DNA of 64,000 nt. Origin: Acidobacteriota bacterium. GTDB lineage: Bacteria; Acidobacteriota; Thermoanaerobaculia; Multivoradales; UBA5704. The notes beneath the pieces were generated by a model that saw nothing but the letters and a program-made list of their open reading frames with translations, had not been told where the DNA came from and ran no database searches. The stretch spans positions 32,001 to 96,000 of the forward strand of contig JBDTZG010000014.1 of assembly GCA_040005235.1 (NCBI GenBank). Direction: 5' to 3'. Below are positions 31,301 to 38,300 of this stretch, in pieces. Every line of letters starts with the position of its first letter. Within the stretch, counting starts at the first letter, position 1. The translations under genes and the position numbers were made by a program.

Positions 31301-34300
31301 TGCAGAAGACTCCGTACAGTTTTGATGCGTCGGTCTGGGAGCTTTTCGTGCCCCTGTTGGCCGGAGCCGAGCTGGTCATGGCGCGGCCGGGCGGCCATCA
31401 AGAGCCGGCCTACCTCGTCGAGACCATGGCTCGAGACCGCATCACGGTTCTTCAGCTCGTGCCCTCAATGTTGCCGCTGCTCGTGGAGGAGAAGGGGCTC
31501 GATGATTGTCGCTCGCTGCGGCGACTGTTCTGTGGCGGCGAGGCGCTTCCCGTCGAATCTTGCGCCGAATTCGAAGCGAGGCTGGGGGCGCGCGTCATCA
31601 ATCTCTATGGGCCGACCGAGACGGCGATCGATGCGAGCTACTGGCCCTATCGACCGGGGTCCGGAGAGGTCATTGCTCCGATCGGTCGACCGATCTCCAA
31701 CCTGCACTTGCGAATCCTCGGGCAGGTGGCGGAGCCGGTCCCATTGGGCTCGCCAGGGGATCTTCTGGTGGGGGGCATCGGTCTCGCGCGCGGCTATCTG
31801 GACCGGCCCGACCTGACGGCCGAGCGGTTCTTGCCCGATCCCTTCGCGGAGGTGCCTGGAGGGCGCCTCTACAAGACCGGCGACTTGGCGAAGGCGGGCG
31901 TCGATGGAGGGTTGCGCTTCCTGGGCCGTTCCGACCACCAGGTAAAGATTCGCGGCTTCCGCATCGAGCTGTTTGAGATCGAAGAGGCGCTACGCCAGGA
32001 ACCGGGTGTGCGCGAGGCGGCGGTCGTGGCACGGGATGGCGGTGGCGGCAAGCGGCTGGTCGCCTACTTCGTGGCGGCGGCAGGAGAGTCTGTCGACGAA
32101 GAAGAGCTGCGTGGCGGATTGCGAAGGAAATTGCCCGATTGGATGGTGCCGGCAGCTTTTGTTGCTCTGGCGGCGCTGCCCCTCAACGCGAGCGGCAAGC
32201 TCGACCGCTCCGCGCTCCCGGAGCCGAATCTGCCGCGCATGGCGGGCGCGGTGCCACCGCGGACGGCGGCGGAGCGCAAGCTGGTGGAGATCTGGGCACA
32301 GGTGCTCGGCCTCGAGACTCTCGGAGTACATGACAACTTTTTCAGCCTCGGCGGCGACTCGATCCTGAGCATCCTTATCGCTTCGCGGGCGACGCAGGCG
32401 GGTTTCAACTTCTCACCGCAAATGCTTTTCAAGCATCAGACGGTGGCCGAGTTGGCTGCCGTGACTCAGAGCGGTTCCGGCGTACAGGCCGAGCAGGGGT
32501 TGGTCCTCGGTGAGGCACCTTTGACGCCCATCCAGCGCTTTATCCTGGATGCGGATTTGGTCGACCTCCACCACTACAACCAGTCGCTGCTGTTTGCGGT
32601 CCGCGAGCGGCTGGATATCAGAGCCCTCCAAGCGGCGGTGGCGGCACTCCTTCGACATCACGATGCTCTGCGCCTCGGTTTCACGAAAGAAACCTTTGGC
32701 TGGAGCCAGCGCCATCGAGACCTGAACCAGGCTCTTGCCGTCATCGATCTTGGCGGACTTTCGACCGAGGCTCGAAGTCAAGCGATGCTCGCCGCGTCGA
32801 CCGCGCTCCAGGCCGGGTTCGATCTGAGCACCGGATCGTTGTTCCGAGTGGTTCATTTCACGCTGAGCGAACCGCCGGACCGTTTGCTGATCGCCGCTCA
32901 CCACCTGGTGGTGGACGGCGTCTCATGGCGCATTCTCTTGCAGGATCTGGAGGAGTCCTATCGCTCGTTCGCTCGGGATGTTGAGCCCCAGTTGCCGCCC
33001 AAGACCTCGTCCTTCAAGGAGTGGGCGGTACACCTCGCCGAGCACGCTCAGTCTCCTGAGGCGATGTCCGAGATCGGCTACTGGTTGGATCGGAAGCGGA
33101 TCGGGAAACCCCTGCCGGTAGACCTCCCGAGCGGGCGGAATCGTTCCGGATTGGCACGCATCGTGTCGGTCTCTCTCGATCGCGAGACGACTCGCGAGCT
33201 ACTCCAGCAGGTGCCTTCCCACTACCGCATCCAAAGTCCCGAGCTGCTGCTGGCGGCCGTGGCGAGCACACTGGCGGAGTGGACGAGCTTTCCGTTGCTG
33301 CGCATCGATCTCGAGGGGCACGGCCGTGAAAATATCTCCGAGAATCTGGACACCTCACGAACGGTGGGTTGGTTTACCTCGGTCTTCCCCGTAGTCCTGG
33401 AGATGGGCGCAGAAGACGATATCGAGGAGACCCTCAAGGCGGTGAAAGAGCAGATGCGCCGCATTCCCCGCCACGGCATCGGTTACGGTCTGCTGCGCTA
33501 CTTGAGCAACGCGCCGGAGGCTCTGGATTTGCGCTTGCAACCTCAGGCCGAAGTGAGCTTCAACTACCTTGGTCAAGTCGATCAGACTTTGGCGGAGTCT
33601 TCGCCCTTTGCGCTTGCCGCCGAATCGGCGGGACCGGCTCGCAGCCCTCGTCAACCACGGCGCTACCTTCTCGAGGTCGATGGCCTGGTCATCGGTGGTT
33701 GTCTCCAAGTGAATTGGACGTACAGTGAGGAACTGCACCGGCGCGAGACGATCGAGGCGCTTGCCCGACGCTTCCGGGATCGGCTGCTGGCTTTCATCCG
33801 CCACGCCTTGGTAGGCGAGGGAAGCGGATGCGTTCCTTCCGACTTTCCGCTGGCACGCCTCGACCAAGCCGCAATCGATCGTTTGGCGGGCCGCGACCTC
33901 GAAGATCTACTACCGCTCTCGCCGTTACAGCTTGGTTTCCTTTTTCACGCTCTGCATGCTCCGGAATCCGGAGCCTACGTCCAACAGTTGGTCGCCACTT
34001 TGGAGGGGCGGCTCGATGTCGGTGTCTTCGAACGTGCCTGGCAGGAAATCGTGCGTCGTCATTCGATCCTGCGTACGGCTTTCGTCTGGGAAGGCCTGCG
34101 CGAACCCCTGCAGGTTGTGCGGCGCGATACCGACTTGCGCCTCGAACGCTTCGACTGGACGCATTTCGACCCAAGCGAGGTGGAGGAGCAGTCCATTGCG
34201 CTGATCGAGGCCGACCGTCGGCGAGGATTCAACCTTGCCTTGGCGCCGCTGATGCGCTTGGCACTGATCGAGCTGCCAGGGCGAACCTATCGGCTGGTCT

Positions 34301-35310
34301 GGAGCCATCATCACCTCCTCTTGGACGGTTGGTCGCTACCGATCCTGCTGGCGGAGGTCTTTCAGTTCTACATGGCCCTGCGCGAAGGTCGGTTGCCTGA
34401 GCTCCCGCCTGCACGACCCTATCGGGCCTACATCGAATGGCTGCAAGGGCGGGATCTGGCGTCGGCGGAGGCGTTTTGGCGCTCCACATTCGCCGGCTGC
34501 GAGGTGCCGACTCCCTTGCCCGGGCTCGGTCGGCCGGAGGGGGAGGGTGAGATTCTGGAGCGGGTCGCCCAGCTCTCAGAAGAAAAGAGCCAGGCTGTTC
34601 GCACCTTGGCGCGTCGGAGCCGGCTTACTTTGGGCACCCTCGTTCTGAGTGCCTGGGCTCTTCTGCTCCGCCGGCTCAGCGGGCGCGACGACGTGGTATT
34701 CGGTCTCACCCTATCGGTCCGTCCGGCAGAGATTGCCGGAGTGGAGTCCATGGTGGGAGTACTGCTCAATACACTTCCGGTTCGAATCGCTTGTTCTGCC
34801 GAGGAGAAAGCGGCGAGCTGGCTGCGTGGCATCCAGGCGCTGCAGGTGGAGCTGCGCCAGCATGAGCACAGCCCCTTGGTGGACGTCCAGCAATGGGTGG
34901 GAGTTCCCCGGGGAGTACCGTTCTTCGAGAGCGTCGTTACGGTTCAGAACTATCCCGTCGACCCGTCGCTGCGGGAGAACGCGACGGATCTGGCAGTAAA
35001 GGATCTCCGCTTCCTGGAAAAGGCGACCTTTCCATTGAGCCTTGCTTTGATGCATGGCGCGCTCCTGACCCTCCAGATTCGCTACGACAGTCAGCGGTTC
35101 AATATCGAGCAGGTCGATCGTTGGCACGGCTATCTGCAACGGCTGTTGGTCGCATTCGCCGGCCTGGAGGACGAAACGCTGGGAGACCTGGACGAGCTGC
35201 TCGATGAGTTGGATCGGCAGGAGCAAGCGGCTCGGGAAAAAACCTATCGTGAGAGTGAAATGAAGAAGTTTAAGAATGTTCGGCGTCGCTCGACGTCGGT
35301 GGGCGGGTGA
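16309..35310 (+). CDS. ORF2: hybrid PKS-NRPS KS-AT-(vestigial KR)-T-Cy-A(Cys,MT)-T-C-A(Cys-like,MT)-T-C-A(Gln)-T-E-C
   Basis: 6333 aa ORF. KS VQTACSTS/HGTGT/NIGHL; AT GHSIG and HAFHS; Cy DYLIAD; two VLEIGCGTG MT inserts; E domain HHLVVDGVSW/EGHGRE/RTVGWFT; terminal C HHHLLLDGWS. Confidence 0.97.
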   Translation: MAETAVEKGIAIIGLDGRFPGARNAEELWQNLCEGVESLSRFSQEELRASSPDGTRLEDPRLVPVRGVLSEVELFDAGFFGISPREAAATDPQQRVFIECAWTALEDAGYDPGNCGGLVGVYAGSALSSYAWNNLGSDPELLASLGALQLGILNGKDHLPTRVSYLLNLTGPSVAVQTACSTSLVAVHMACLALLNYECDMALAGGVSIAVPQKAGYLFEEGGILSPDGHCRAFDAAAHGTVMGDGVGIVVLKRLDEAMADGDRIRGVILGSAINNDGGGKVGYTAPGLEGQAEVIAAAHAVAGIDAGTISYVETHGTGTPLGDPVEISALTRAFRMSTDRIGSCSIGSLKTNIGHLNTAAGVAGLIKAVLALEHKAIPPSLHFERPNPRIHFDDSPFFVNTRLTEWSADGAPLRAGVSSFGIGGTNAHVVLEEAPVPEVSDDARRWQLLVISAKTESALEAAAQNLAEHLGRHPDLKLADAAFTLQVGRNRMEHRQILVCRDAAEAIRELTAGEDSRAVRLHEAARERPVVFLFPGQGSQYVGMGRELFELEPLFREQVDLCASHLLPHLGFDIRTLFESSTEESRAAEERLQETAVAQPALFVVEYCLARLFAEWGIEPEAMIGHSIGEYVAACLSGVMSLPDALRLVAARGRLMGELPPGGMTAVHLSEAQVRHLLPADLEIAAVNGPTLVVVAGTLTAVAAFEEKLAEDGVEHRRLKTSHAFHSAMMEPILEPFARVVASIALHEPQRTFISNLTGRPATASEVTDPNYWVRHLRDEVRFSDGVDEIFRDPGRVFLEIGPGRALTTIVRQNPGAQAGMTIPTMRPQSREGSDLAWALEALGRAWLAGVAIDWRGFHHRHRRLRVAMPGYPFERQLHWIEARPLRPSGPLSAIPARSADPAGWFHARTWRRSAGQGSAATEPGALLLWAAPGGLGGEIHRELTSRGVAVVLAELSGSLEPSSLTASLAEEVAPRRIALLVERCTPGPEAAGALALLLSSLASRPEGRDDSPELILVTECAEEVVGSEVTNAVPNDTLATLMAEAARMPGLRWRCVDVDVEGESPRSDKLVDELLAPGPAGVGSVVALRNGYRWLPAYEVVHLEHRAGAIRPGGGYLVVGQIGVASQSVLAAFAEAGAQAQLIPADPAVILASPAFASNLHGIVVTGGWETPADTLAALDVALGGRALDFRLVLAPFAAGQEIEIGETVAERRLAAAVRVRAQAGGVRWRIASWRITSRSGDDQGLTPGEAAEAFLRLITWQGEAHLVVAPVDPSVAVPVAEPLSFAAELKPTGKGGYVAPRNAVERDLAAIWEHFLGIAAVGVFDSFLELGGHSLLATRVTARMREVFGVELPLSSLFESPHLAALAVEIGARRESLGEPSSAAQSPAFHAIAAPADRYDPFPLTEVQQAYWIGRSAGFELGNVAAHSYLEAETRNLDLSRLEAALDRLVNRHEMLRAVVTRDGQQRILAEVPTYRIEVDDLRGMAPEAAEAVLKETRARLAQEVVPTDRWPLFAVRASLLDSGATRLHIRLDYLIADAWSARTLARDVGAFYADPTIFLPNLEVSFRDYVLWLESLRETEEHRRALAYWQGRLENLPPAPDLPLAVSPTTLLKPRFERRRAALPAFHWGELKRRFAQADLAPSAALAAVFAEILTGWSKSPRFTINLTLFNRRPVHAQVGELVGDFTSLTLLAVESEPGGGFLSRARALQRQLWRDLDHQSVSAVQVLRDLSRERGELARGSMPVVFTSTLSMTTGTSAAETEASVADPVQVVYSLNQGPQVWIDHQVSERQGELVFNWDVVEGLFPPGLIDAMFEAYRALLETLAQADEAWGVVPLPLVSTAQLEQRAAVNATEAPVTDDLLHTLFRAQAARRPEATAVVAGDRRLTYGELAARAGWLGRRLRDLGARPNTLIAVAMEKGWEQVAAVLGVLEAGAAYLPVDPSLPSDRLGYLLAHGEVRIALTQSWLEHRLDWPPGIVRICVDREPAKEGLEPLEISQAPGDLAYVLYTSGSTGLPKGVMIDHRGAVNTILDVNRRFALGPNDAVLAVSSLSFDLSVFDIFGLLAAGGKVIVPEPGTSRDAERWVELLHREGVTLWNTVPALFEMLVEHVSGRPDLLPPPLRFALLSGDWIPLSLPDRARQALPGIEVVSLGGATEASIWSILYPVAEVAGDWKSIPYGRPMLNQSFSVLDGQLEARPVWVPGQLYIGGIGLALGYWRDEERTRASFIRHPRTGERLYRTGDLGRYLPDATIEFLGREDFQVKIHGYRIELGEIEATLSQHPAVRECVVAAPGSPQGARRLVAYVVPGSDPVAVKSAKTESAQVAQWQALFDATYGASTGREATFDIAGWKSSYGGDIPPEEMQRWVSSTVERILALRPRRVLEIGCGTGLLLFRIAPFCEHYRGTDLSAEALASIHRQIAAAGIKLPQIQLAQSAADDFTGVASGEFDLVIINSVIQYFPDVGYLLRVVEGAAGVVSPGGHIFVGDVRDLTTLPAFYASIEQALSLVDLGQEELRRRIEQRTAKEEELVVSPDFFRALADRLPAVQGAVMEPKRGRDRNELVNYRYDVTLLIDPPAAPRQVRWQDWQDVGGTLAALCDRWRASEGEPIGVRGIPSSRLTGDLARWADPARGPDGSSAGAVEAVDPEDLFHLGQELRCGTTLTVCGADRPGALDLVLWPLTALDSSTPFWLPAEPHFGEPRWKFWANDPSRPQLAHTLVPKLTAFLREKLPDYMVPGVFVILDGLPLTANGKVDRSALPAPGIDPEAAPGLHVAPRTPTEQAVAEIWSQVLRAERVGVEDNFFDLGGHSLLAIQVLSRLRQQLKVEVPVQTLFESATVAGLSREIDVLLQRSIPEDGARLQPVSRDQRLPLSFSQKRLWFLDRLVPGNAFYNIPAGVRMKGKADLRSLAAAINEIVRRHETLRTTFAEADGEPFQVIAPGIHVAVPHVDLRNLSDAAGEAEIVRLMNEEAKRPFDLAAGPMLRAFTLWRAENDFVLLLTLHHIVSDGWSMGVFYRELQALYSAFSAGRPSPLAPLPIQYADFAYWQNQALQGELREAHLSFWREQLGGLPLLELPTDRPRPRFESFRGSMVSALLDRTLVSSLKAMSQRCEATLFMTILAGFKVFLARYSRQWEIVAGSAAAARNRPELEGLIGFFLNMLVLRTDLSGKPSFEAAVRRVRQVTLDAYSHQDLPFEILVDELQPERDPSRNPLCQVLLMYQNYPVEERGLEGDSLRLMKVDSGTAKFDLVLFVDDVEQGLQVKLEFNTDLFDRTTARRALGQFEILLRSAMATPERSITDLPMIDDVERHQVLTEWNDTEHRYATAERIEELFERAAARQPNAVAVVFEDVVLTYRQLDELANQLAWRLTALGAGPGSYIAVYLERSAAMIPALLGILKAGGAYVPLEVTYPEARIEWILDRLDIRFAVTQASLSAAIGNLGAGSLKTVCIDDALVLATHPRNRPVLPLIENGMAYVIFTSGSTGTPKGVMVRHRAVVNLIDWIGREHRIGSRDRVLFVTSLCFDLSVYDVFGLLAAGGSIRVVSAADVRDPQRLLQILMTEPITFWDSAPATLQQLVPYFPVTPHEIDLRLVFLSGDWIPVGLPDDVRASFPGTQVISLGGATEATVWSNSFPIGEVEAHWVSIPYGRPMQNARYHALDSDFEPAPIGVPGDLYIAGDCLSSGYEDAALSAEKYLPDPFSGQPGERIYKTGDLVRYRPDGNLEFLGRADQQVKVRGFRIELGEIESLLARHPVVADAVVVVREDEPGDQRLVAYAVPRQGEAVYATSEEDWQLRVAEWQTIYDNIYGDSSAVLDPTFNISGWRSSYTGRPLPAEEMLEWVDDTVSRILALRPRRVLEIGCGTGLLLFRVAPHCRSYWATDFSRTALQAIRRTLGSPGLELPQVRLFERLADDFEGLQAGSFDLVLINSVIQYFPSLDYLSKVVSGAASLLSPGGHLFVGDVRSLPLLSTFHTSVQLSQAPPDLSTETLRQNVREGLTQEEELVVAPAFFTEIEQRVPGLGSTRILLKRGAIDNELNRYRYDVICAADHGEAQAPEPCHWLAWKEEAWTLPGIAQFLKETTPSVIGFFGVPNARLAGDAELERLLSDPAGPETVGQLRIAIAARPEVGVDPSELWSSGEVLGFSVEVSWSSAGKEYFDVVFRDSRLAILPVCPPDRDQTTEEPQVLANDPLQARVQQRLASALRAWLQQHLPPYMMPSDFVLLQSVPLTPNGKLDRNSLPIPTRRSGGAIGVPRNPLEQKLAEIWAEVLGVEQVGVFDNFFELGGHSLLATQVMARVAQAVGEEVPLRSLFENPTVAGLAASFGRWQSAAGVATLPRIEPISRVRPLALSYSQLRLWLLDRLAPGNVAYSIPTALRMVGSLAPAILAASLSEIVRRHETLRTTFFLDGDEPVQVIASARPLPLPIIDLSALPAEHLDTCAGGLKAWHAARPFDLEVGPLLRVCLLRFSEREHWALANLHHIVGDGWSVGLLIRELAALYEAAIAGRPSPLPPLPVQYADYAHWQRQRVRGARLSTLLDYWRQRLEGAPAVLDLPMDRPRPEVQTYDGNLMSVLVPTGVVAELRAVIRSESATLFMAFLALFGTLLRRTTRSENFVIGTAIAGRAQVEIESLIGFFVNTLALPLDVSGDPEFSVLLRQARETALGAIANQELPFEKLVDELQPERSLSHSPIFQVALVIQNTAWSSLDLPGLTLSQVSSGAPTAKYDLTLLAEERGDKLAVVFEYNSGLFDRTTIARLLSHLMILLKGAAADPLQRLSELSLMSAAETHQLFCEWNDSQVARPEAASCIHQLFAAQTQRTPEAVAVRVGDAALSYRELDLRTNRLARHLRARGVGVESRIGVFIDRSFEMPVALLAILKAGGAYLPLDPTIPGPRLAQMLSDGGVELGLTAARFMATLPPETPRPIDWIAIDSDGPEFSDDPLVGGAVPENLAYVIYTSGSTGLPKGVMIPHAAIANRLLWMQERFPLSPSDRVLQKTPYSFDASVWELFVPLLAGAELVMARPGGHQEPAYLVETMARDRITVLQLVPSMLPLLVEEKGLDDCRSLRRLFCGGEALPVESCAEFEARLGARVINLYGPTETAIDASYWPYRPGSGEVIAPIGRPISNLHLRILGQVAEPVPLGSPGDLLVGGIGLARGYLDRPDLTAERFLPDPFAEVPGGRLYKTGDLAKAGVDGGLRFLGRSDHQVKIRGFRIELFEIEEALRQEPGVREAAVVARDGGGGKRLVAYFVAAAGESVDEEELRGGLRRKLPDWMVPAAFVALAALPLNASGKLDRSALPEPNLPRMAGAVPPRTAAERKLVEIWAQVLGLETLGVHDNFFSLGGDSILSILIASRATQAGFNFSPQMLFKHQTVAELAAVTQSGSGVQAEQGLVLGEAPLTPIQRFILDADLVDLHHYNQSLLFAVRERLDIRALQAAVAALLRHHDALRLGFTKETFGWSQRHRDLNQALAVIDLGGLSTEARSQAMLAASTALQAGFDLSTGSLFRVVHFTLSEPPDRLLIAAHHLVVDGVSWRILLQDLEESYRSFARDVEPQLPPKTSSFKEWAVHLAEHAQSPEAMSEIGYWLDRKRIGKPLPVDLPSGRNRSGLARIVSVSLDRETTRELLQQVPSHYRIQSPELLLAAVASTLAEWTSFPLLRIDLEGHGRENISENLDTSRTVGWFTSVFPVVLEMGAEDDIEETLKAVKEQMRRIPRHGIGYGLLRYLSNAPEALDLRLQPQAEVSFNYLGQVDQTLAESSPFALAAESAGPARSPRQPRRYLLEVDGLVIGGCLQVNWTYSEELHRRETIEALARRFRDRLLAFIRHALVGEGSGCVPSDFPLARLDQAAIDRLAGRDLEDLLPLSPLQLGFLFHALHAPESGAYVQQLVATLEGRLDVGVFERAWQEIVRRHSILRTAFVWEGLREPLQVVRRDTDLRLERFDWTHFDPSEVEEQSIALIEADRRRGFNLALAPLMRLALIELPGRTYRLVWSHHHLLLDGWSLPILLAEVFQFYMALREGRLPELPPARPYRAYIEWLQGRDLASAEAFWRSTFAGCEVPTPLPGLGRPEGEGEILERVAQLSEEKSQAVRTLARRSRLTLGTLVLSAWALLLRRLSGRDDVVFGLTLSVRPAEIAGVESMVGVLLNTLPVRIACSAEEKAASWLRGIQALQVELRQHEHSPLVDVQQWVGVPRGVPFFESVVTVQNYPVDPSLRENATDLAVKDLRFLEKATFPLSLALMHGALLTLQIRYDSQRFNIEQVDRWHGYLQRLLVAFAGLEDETLGDLDELLDELDRQEQAAREKTYRESEMKKFKNVRRRSTSVGG
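16335..20430 (+). other. PKS module A: hybrid-type KS, malonyl-specific AT, decayed KR region, PCP-like carrier
   Basis: Catalytic Cys at 16846 plus both His residues. NGKD...VQTACSTS is the signature of KS domains downstream of NRPS modules. HAFH indicates malonyl-CoA. Broken Rossmann motif GGGYLVVGQIG at 19651. Carrier LGGHSLL at ~20305. Confidence 0.85.
20515..24860 (+). other. Heterocyclization module: Cy-A(Cys, interrupted by MT)-T
   Basis: FPLTEVQQAYWIGR, DxxxxD (DYLIAD at 20914), PVVFTS, PQVWIDHQ. Code DLFNLSLIWK (Cys-type). MT insert at ~23270-24450 between motifs A8 and A9. Confidence 0.88.
24930..29290 (+). other. Module: C-A(Cys-like, interrupted by N-MT)-T
   Basis: Normal C (HHIVSDGWS). 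A with SGDWIP and SLGGATEATVWS (Cys clade), code DLYDFSLVWK. MT insert at ~27670-28890 (VLEIGCGTG, INSVIQYFP, NELNRYRYD). Confidence 0.82.
29360..33870 (+). other. Module: C-A(Gln)-T-E, predicted D-Gln
   Basis: Code DAWQFGLIDK (Gln-type). T motif GGDS at 32350, typical before an E domain. Complete set of E motifs. Confidence 0.83.
33905..35200 (+). other. C-terminal DCL-type condensation domain (first half of a split module)
   Basis: PLSPLQLGFLFH, LRTAFVWEGL, WSHHHLLLDGWS. Follows the E domain and has no A domain after it in this ORF. Confidence 0.85.
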
Positions 35311-35313
35311 AGC

Positions 35314-38300
35314 ATGGCTACTTCGAGTCTTACTGGAGAAGAACGCATGGGCCCAGCGGCCGTGAATGGATATCGACTTTCACCACAGCAGGAAAGGGTT
35401 TGGTCCCTAAGTAAAGGAGAAAGCGAGGATCATTTCCGCGCCACCTGCCGGGTGCGCATCGCTGGGAACCTCGATCCTGAAGCGATCGCCGCTGCAGCCC
35501 GCCGTTCTGTGGAGCGGCACGAGATTCTGCGGACGGTTTTTCGGAAACCTTTCGGAGCTTCCCATCCGGTGCAGGTGATCCTCGACGAACCTACCCTGGC
35601 TTTCCGATCGGTCGATATGAGCGGGCGGGAGGCAGGTGAGCAGAGGATCTGGCTCCAGCAGCTCGAGGAGGAGGCGAACGCGCCTTTCGACCTGGAGCAT
35701 GGGCCTCTCTTGCGCTGCATCCTCGCCCGGCTGGCTCCTGCCGATAGCGTGCTCTACGTAACTCTGCACTCTCTTTGCGGCGACGGGCCGACCGTCCTTA
35801 ATCTCGTAGACCAAATGGGCCGTACGCATTCCTCGGCGGCGGATGACGAGGAGCCGCTTCAGTATGCCGACTTGGCGGAGTTCTTCAACGAATTGCTAGA
35901 GTCGGAGGAGATGGCGCCGGGCCGGAAGTATTGGCTGGAAAGAGAACGCTCCGGAGCTCAGGACCGCGATTTACCTTTTGATCGTACGAACAGCCCGCTC
36001 GACGCCCCTGAGGTGCGGAGCGCCGCCGTCGCGATGGGCGGTGCGCTGACGGTGCACTCTGGCGATGATGTCAGGATCGCCGATGCTTCGCTTTCCACCC
36101 TGCTGCTGAGCGCCTGGGCGACGGTGCTCTGGCGGCTGACCGGTCGGTCCGATCTCGCTATTTCAGTTGCCAGCGAGGGTCGTGCCTACGAAGGCCTGGA
36201 CGTGGCGCTTGGACTGTTCGCCCGTTCGCTGCCGCTCTCCTGTCGTTTGGCGCCGGAACAGTCGTTCGCCGATCTGATGGTATCGCTCGAAGGCGAGATC
36301 ACCAAGGCGACTCAATGGCAGGGTAGTTTCACCTGGAAACTTTTAGAGGAGAGCCGGGCGCTCGATGGTATCGCTCCGACATCGTTCTTTGGCTTCTCGT
36401 TTCTCGAAGCGCGATCGACCAAGCGTTATGGCGACCTAAGCTTCGTCATCGAACGACTGGACTCGATGTTCGACTCCCCCCGATTGGAGCTGATCGGCAC
36501 GGTGACCTCGGAGCGTCTCGAGCTCCGAGTTCGAGCATCTTCAGAAGTTTGTCCACCTGCCGAGGCTCAGCGGCTATTGGGTCAGCTCACCACGCTGCTT
36601 GAGAATGCCATTGCTAATCCGCAGCGGCGCCTGATCGACCTCCCTTCCCTCTCCCCGGTCGAACGTCATCAACTGTTGTTTGAGTTCAATGACACGGATG
36701 TCTTGCTCACTGCCGAGCAGCGACTGGATAAGCTTGTCCTTGACCAATGCCGCAGGACTCCGAATCGCATCGCCGTCGTCGAAGGCGGTCGCTTCTTGAC
36801 TTTCGCCGCTCTCGACACCCAAGCCGGACGGATCGCCGGCGAGCTGCTCCGGCGCGGGATCGAGACGGATGAGGTCGTGGGTGTCTTCCTAGAGCGATCG
36901 CTGGAGATGGTGGTTTCAATCCTCGGAGTGCTCAAGGCGGGGGCCGCGTACCTGCCGCTCGCTCCGGACTATCCACAGGACCGGCTGGCTTTCATGATCG
37001 CCGATGCGCGGCCCCGATTGATCGTGACCCAACGTCGCCTCCGGCCAAACTTGGAGCCCGCCGACGTTCCGATCTTGTCGCTGGACGAGGAGTGGCGAGC
37101 CGAACCCTTCCGCGAGCAATCACCGGAACATAGCTTGGGAACGGCCGGTACGCTGGCCTACGTGATCTACACCTCGGGCTCGACGGGGCGTCCTAAGGGA
37201 GTCGCAGTCTCGCACTCGGCGATTGGCAATCGGTTGCTCTGGATGCAGCGCCGCTTCCCGATCGGCGAGGATGACGCTGTCGTGTTCAAAACCGCGTTTA
37301 CATTCGACGCCTCGATTTGGGAGTTGTTCGTTCCTTTGCTGGCGGGGGCCCGCGTGATCGTCGCTCGGCCGGGTGGGCAACAGGACAGCCGCTACCTGGT
37401 ACGCCTCGTCCTCGAGCATCGGGCGACAGTGCTCCAACTCGTCCCCTCGATGTTGCGAATCGTGGTCGAGGAACCCGAGCTACCGGAATGCACGTCGCTG
37501 CTTCGCCTGTTCTGCGGCGGCGAGGCTTTCCCCGGCGAGCTTCAGCGCCGTTTTGCGGCTTGTCATACCGCGTCGCTGCACAATCTCTATGGACCTACCG
37601 AGGCCGCGATCGATGCCGCGCACTGGGCCTGCCAACCCGGGGATGCCCCGACATATCTCCCGTTGGGCCGACCGCTGTCGGGAGTCCGGATCTATGTTCT
37701 GGATCCTCGGGTCGCTGAGCCCGCTTTGCGCGGCGTGCCCGGCGAGCTGTGCATCGGCGGTCGAGGCTTGGCCCGCGGCTACCTCGGTAGACCGGATCTT
37801 ACGGCGGAACGTTTTGTGCCTGATGGCCAGAGCGGTTCTTGGGGCGAACGCCTCTATCGCACCGGTGACCGGGTTCGCTTTCGTGCAAGCGGCGTCTTGG
37901 AGTTTCTCGGACGAATCGATCTACAGATCAAGATTCGCGGTTACCGAGTCGAGCTGGGCGAGATCGAGGTCTCGTTGGAGCGGCATCAGGGTGTCGCACA
38001 GGCGGCGGTGGAGTTGCGCTCCAACGAAAAGGGAGATCGTTTGATCGCCTATGTGGTGCCGCGCGCCGAGGCGCCTGATGCAGCCGAGCTGCGTACCTTT
38101 CTGGCCGAATCCTTACCCGACTACATGATACCGGCGGCGGTGGTTTTGTTGCCCGCTTTGCCGCTTCTTCCCAACGGCAAGTTGGATCGCAATGCGCTTC
38201 AAGAGCTCTCGGAGACCGAGGGTGAAAAGAGCAGAGAAGCACCGCAGAGTCTGACTCAGGAGGTTCTGTGCGGGATCTGGAGCGATGTCCTCGGTGTCGA

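Noticed and set aside
34300-34335. HHHxxxDG motif suggesting a NocB-like beta-lactam-forming C domain
   Set aside because: The extra His is common in DCL domains and this one follows Gln-E, not Ser. The C domain that does follow Ser in ORF5 has FHH.
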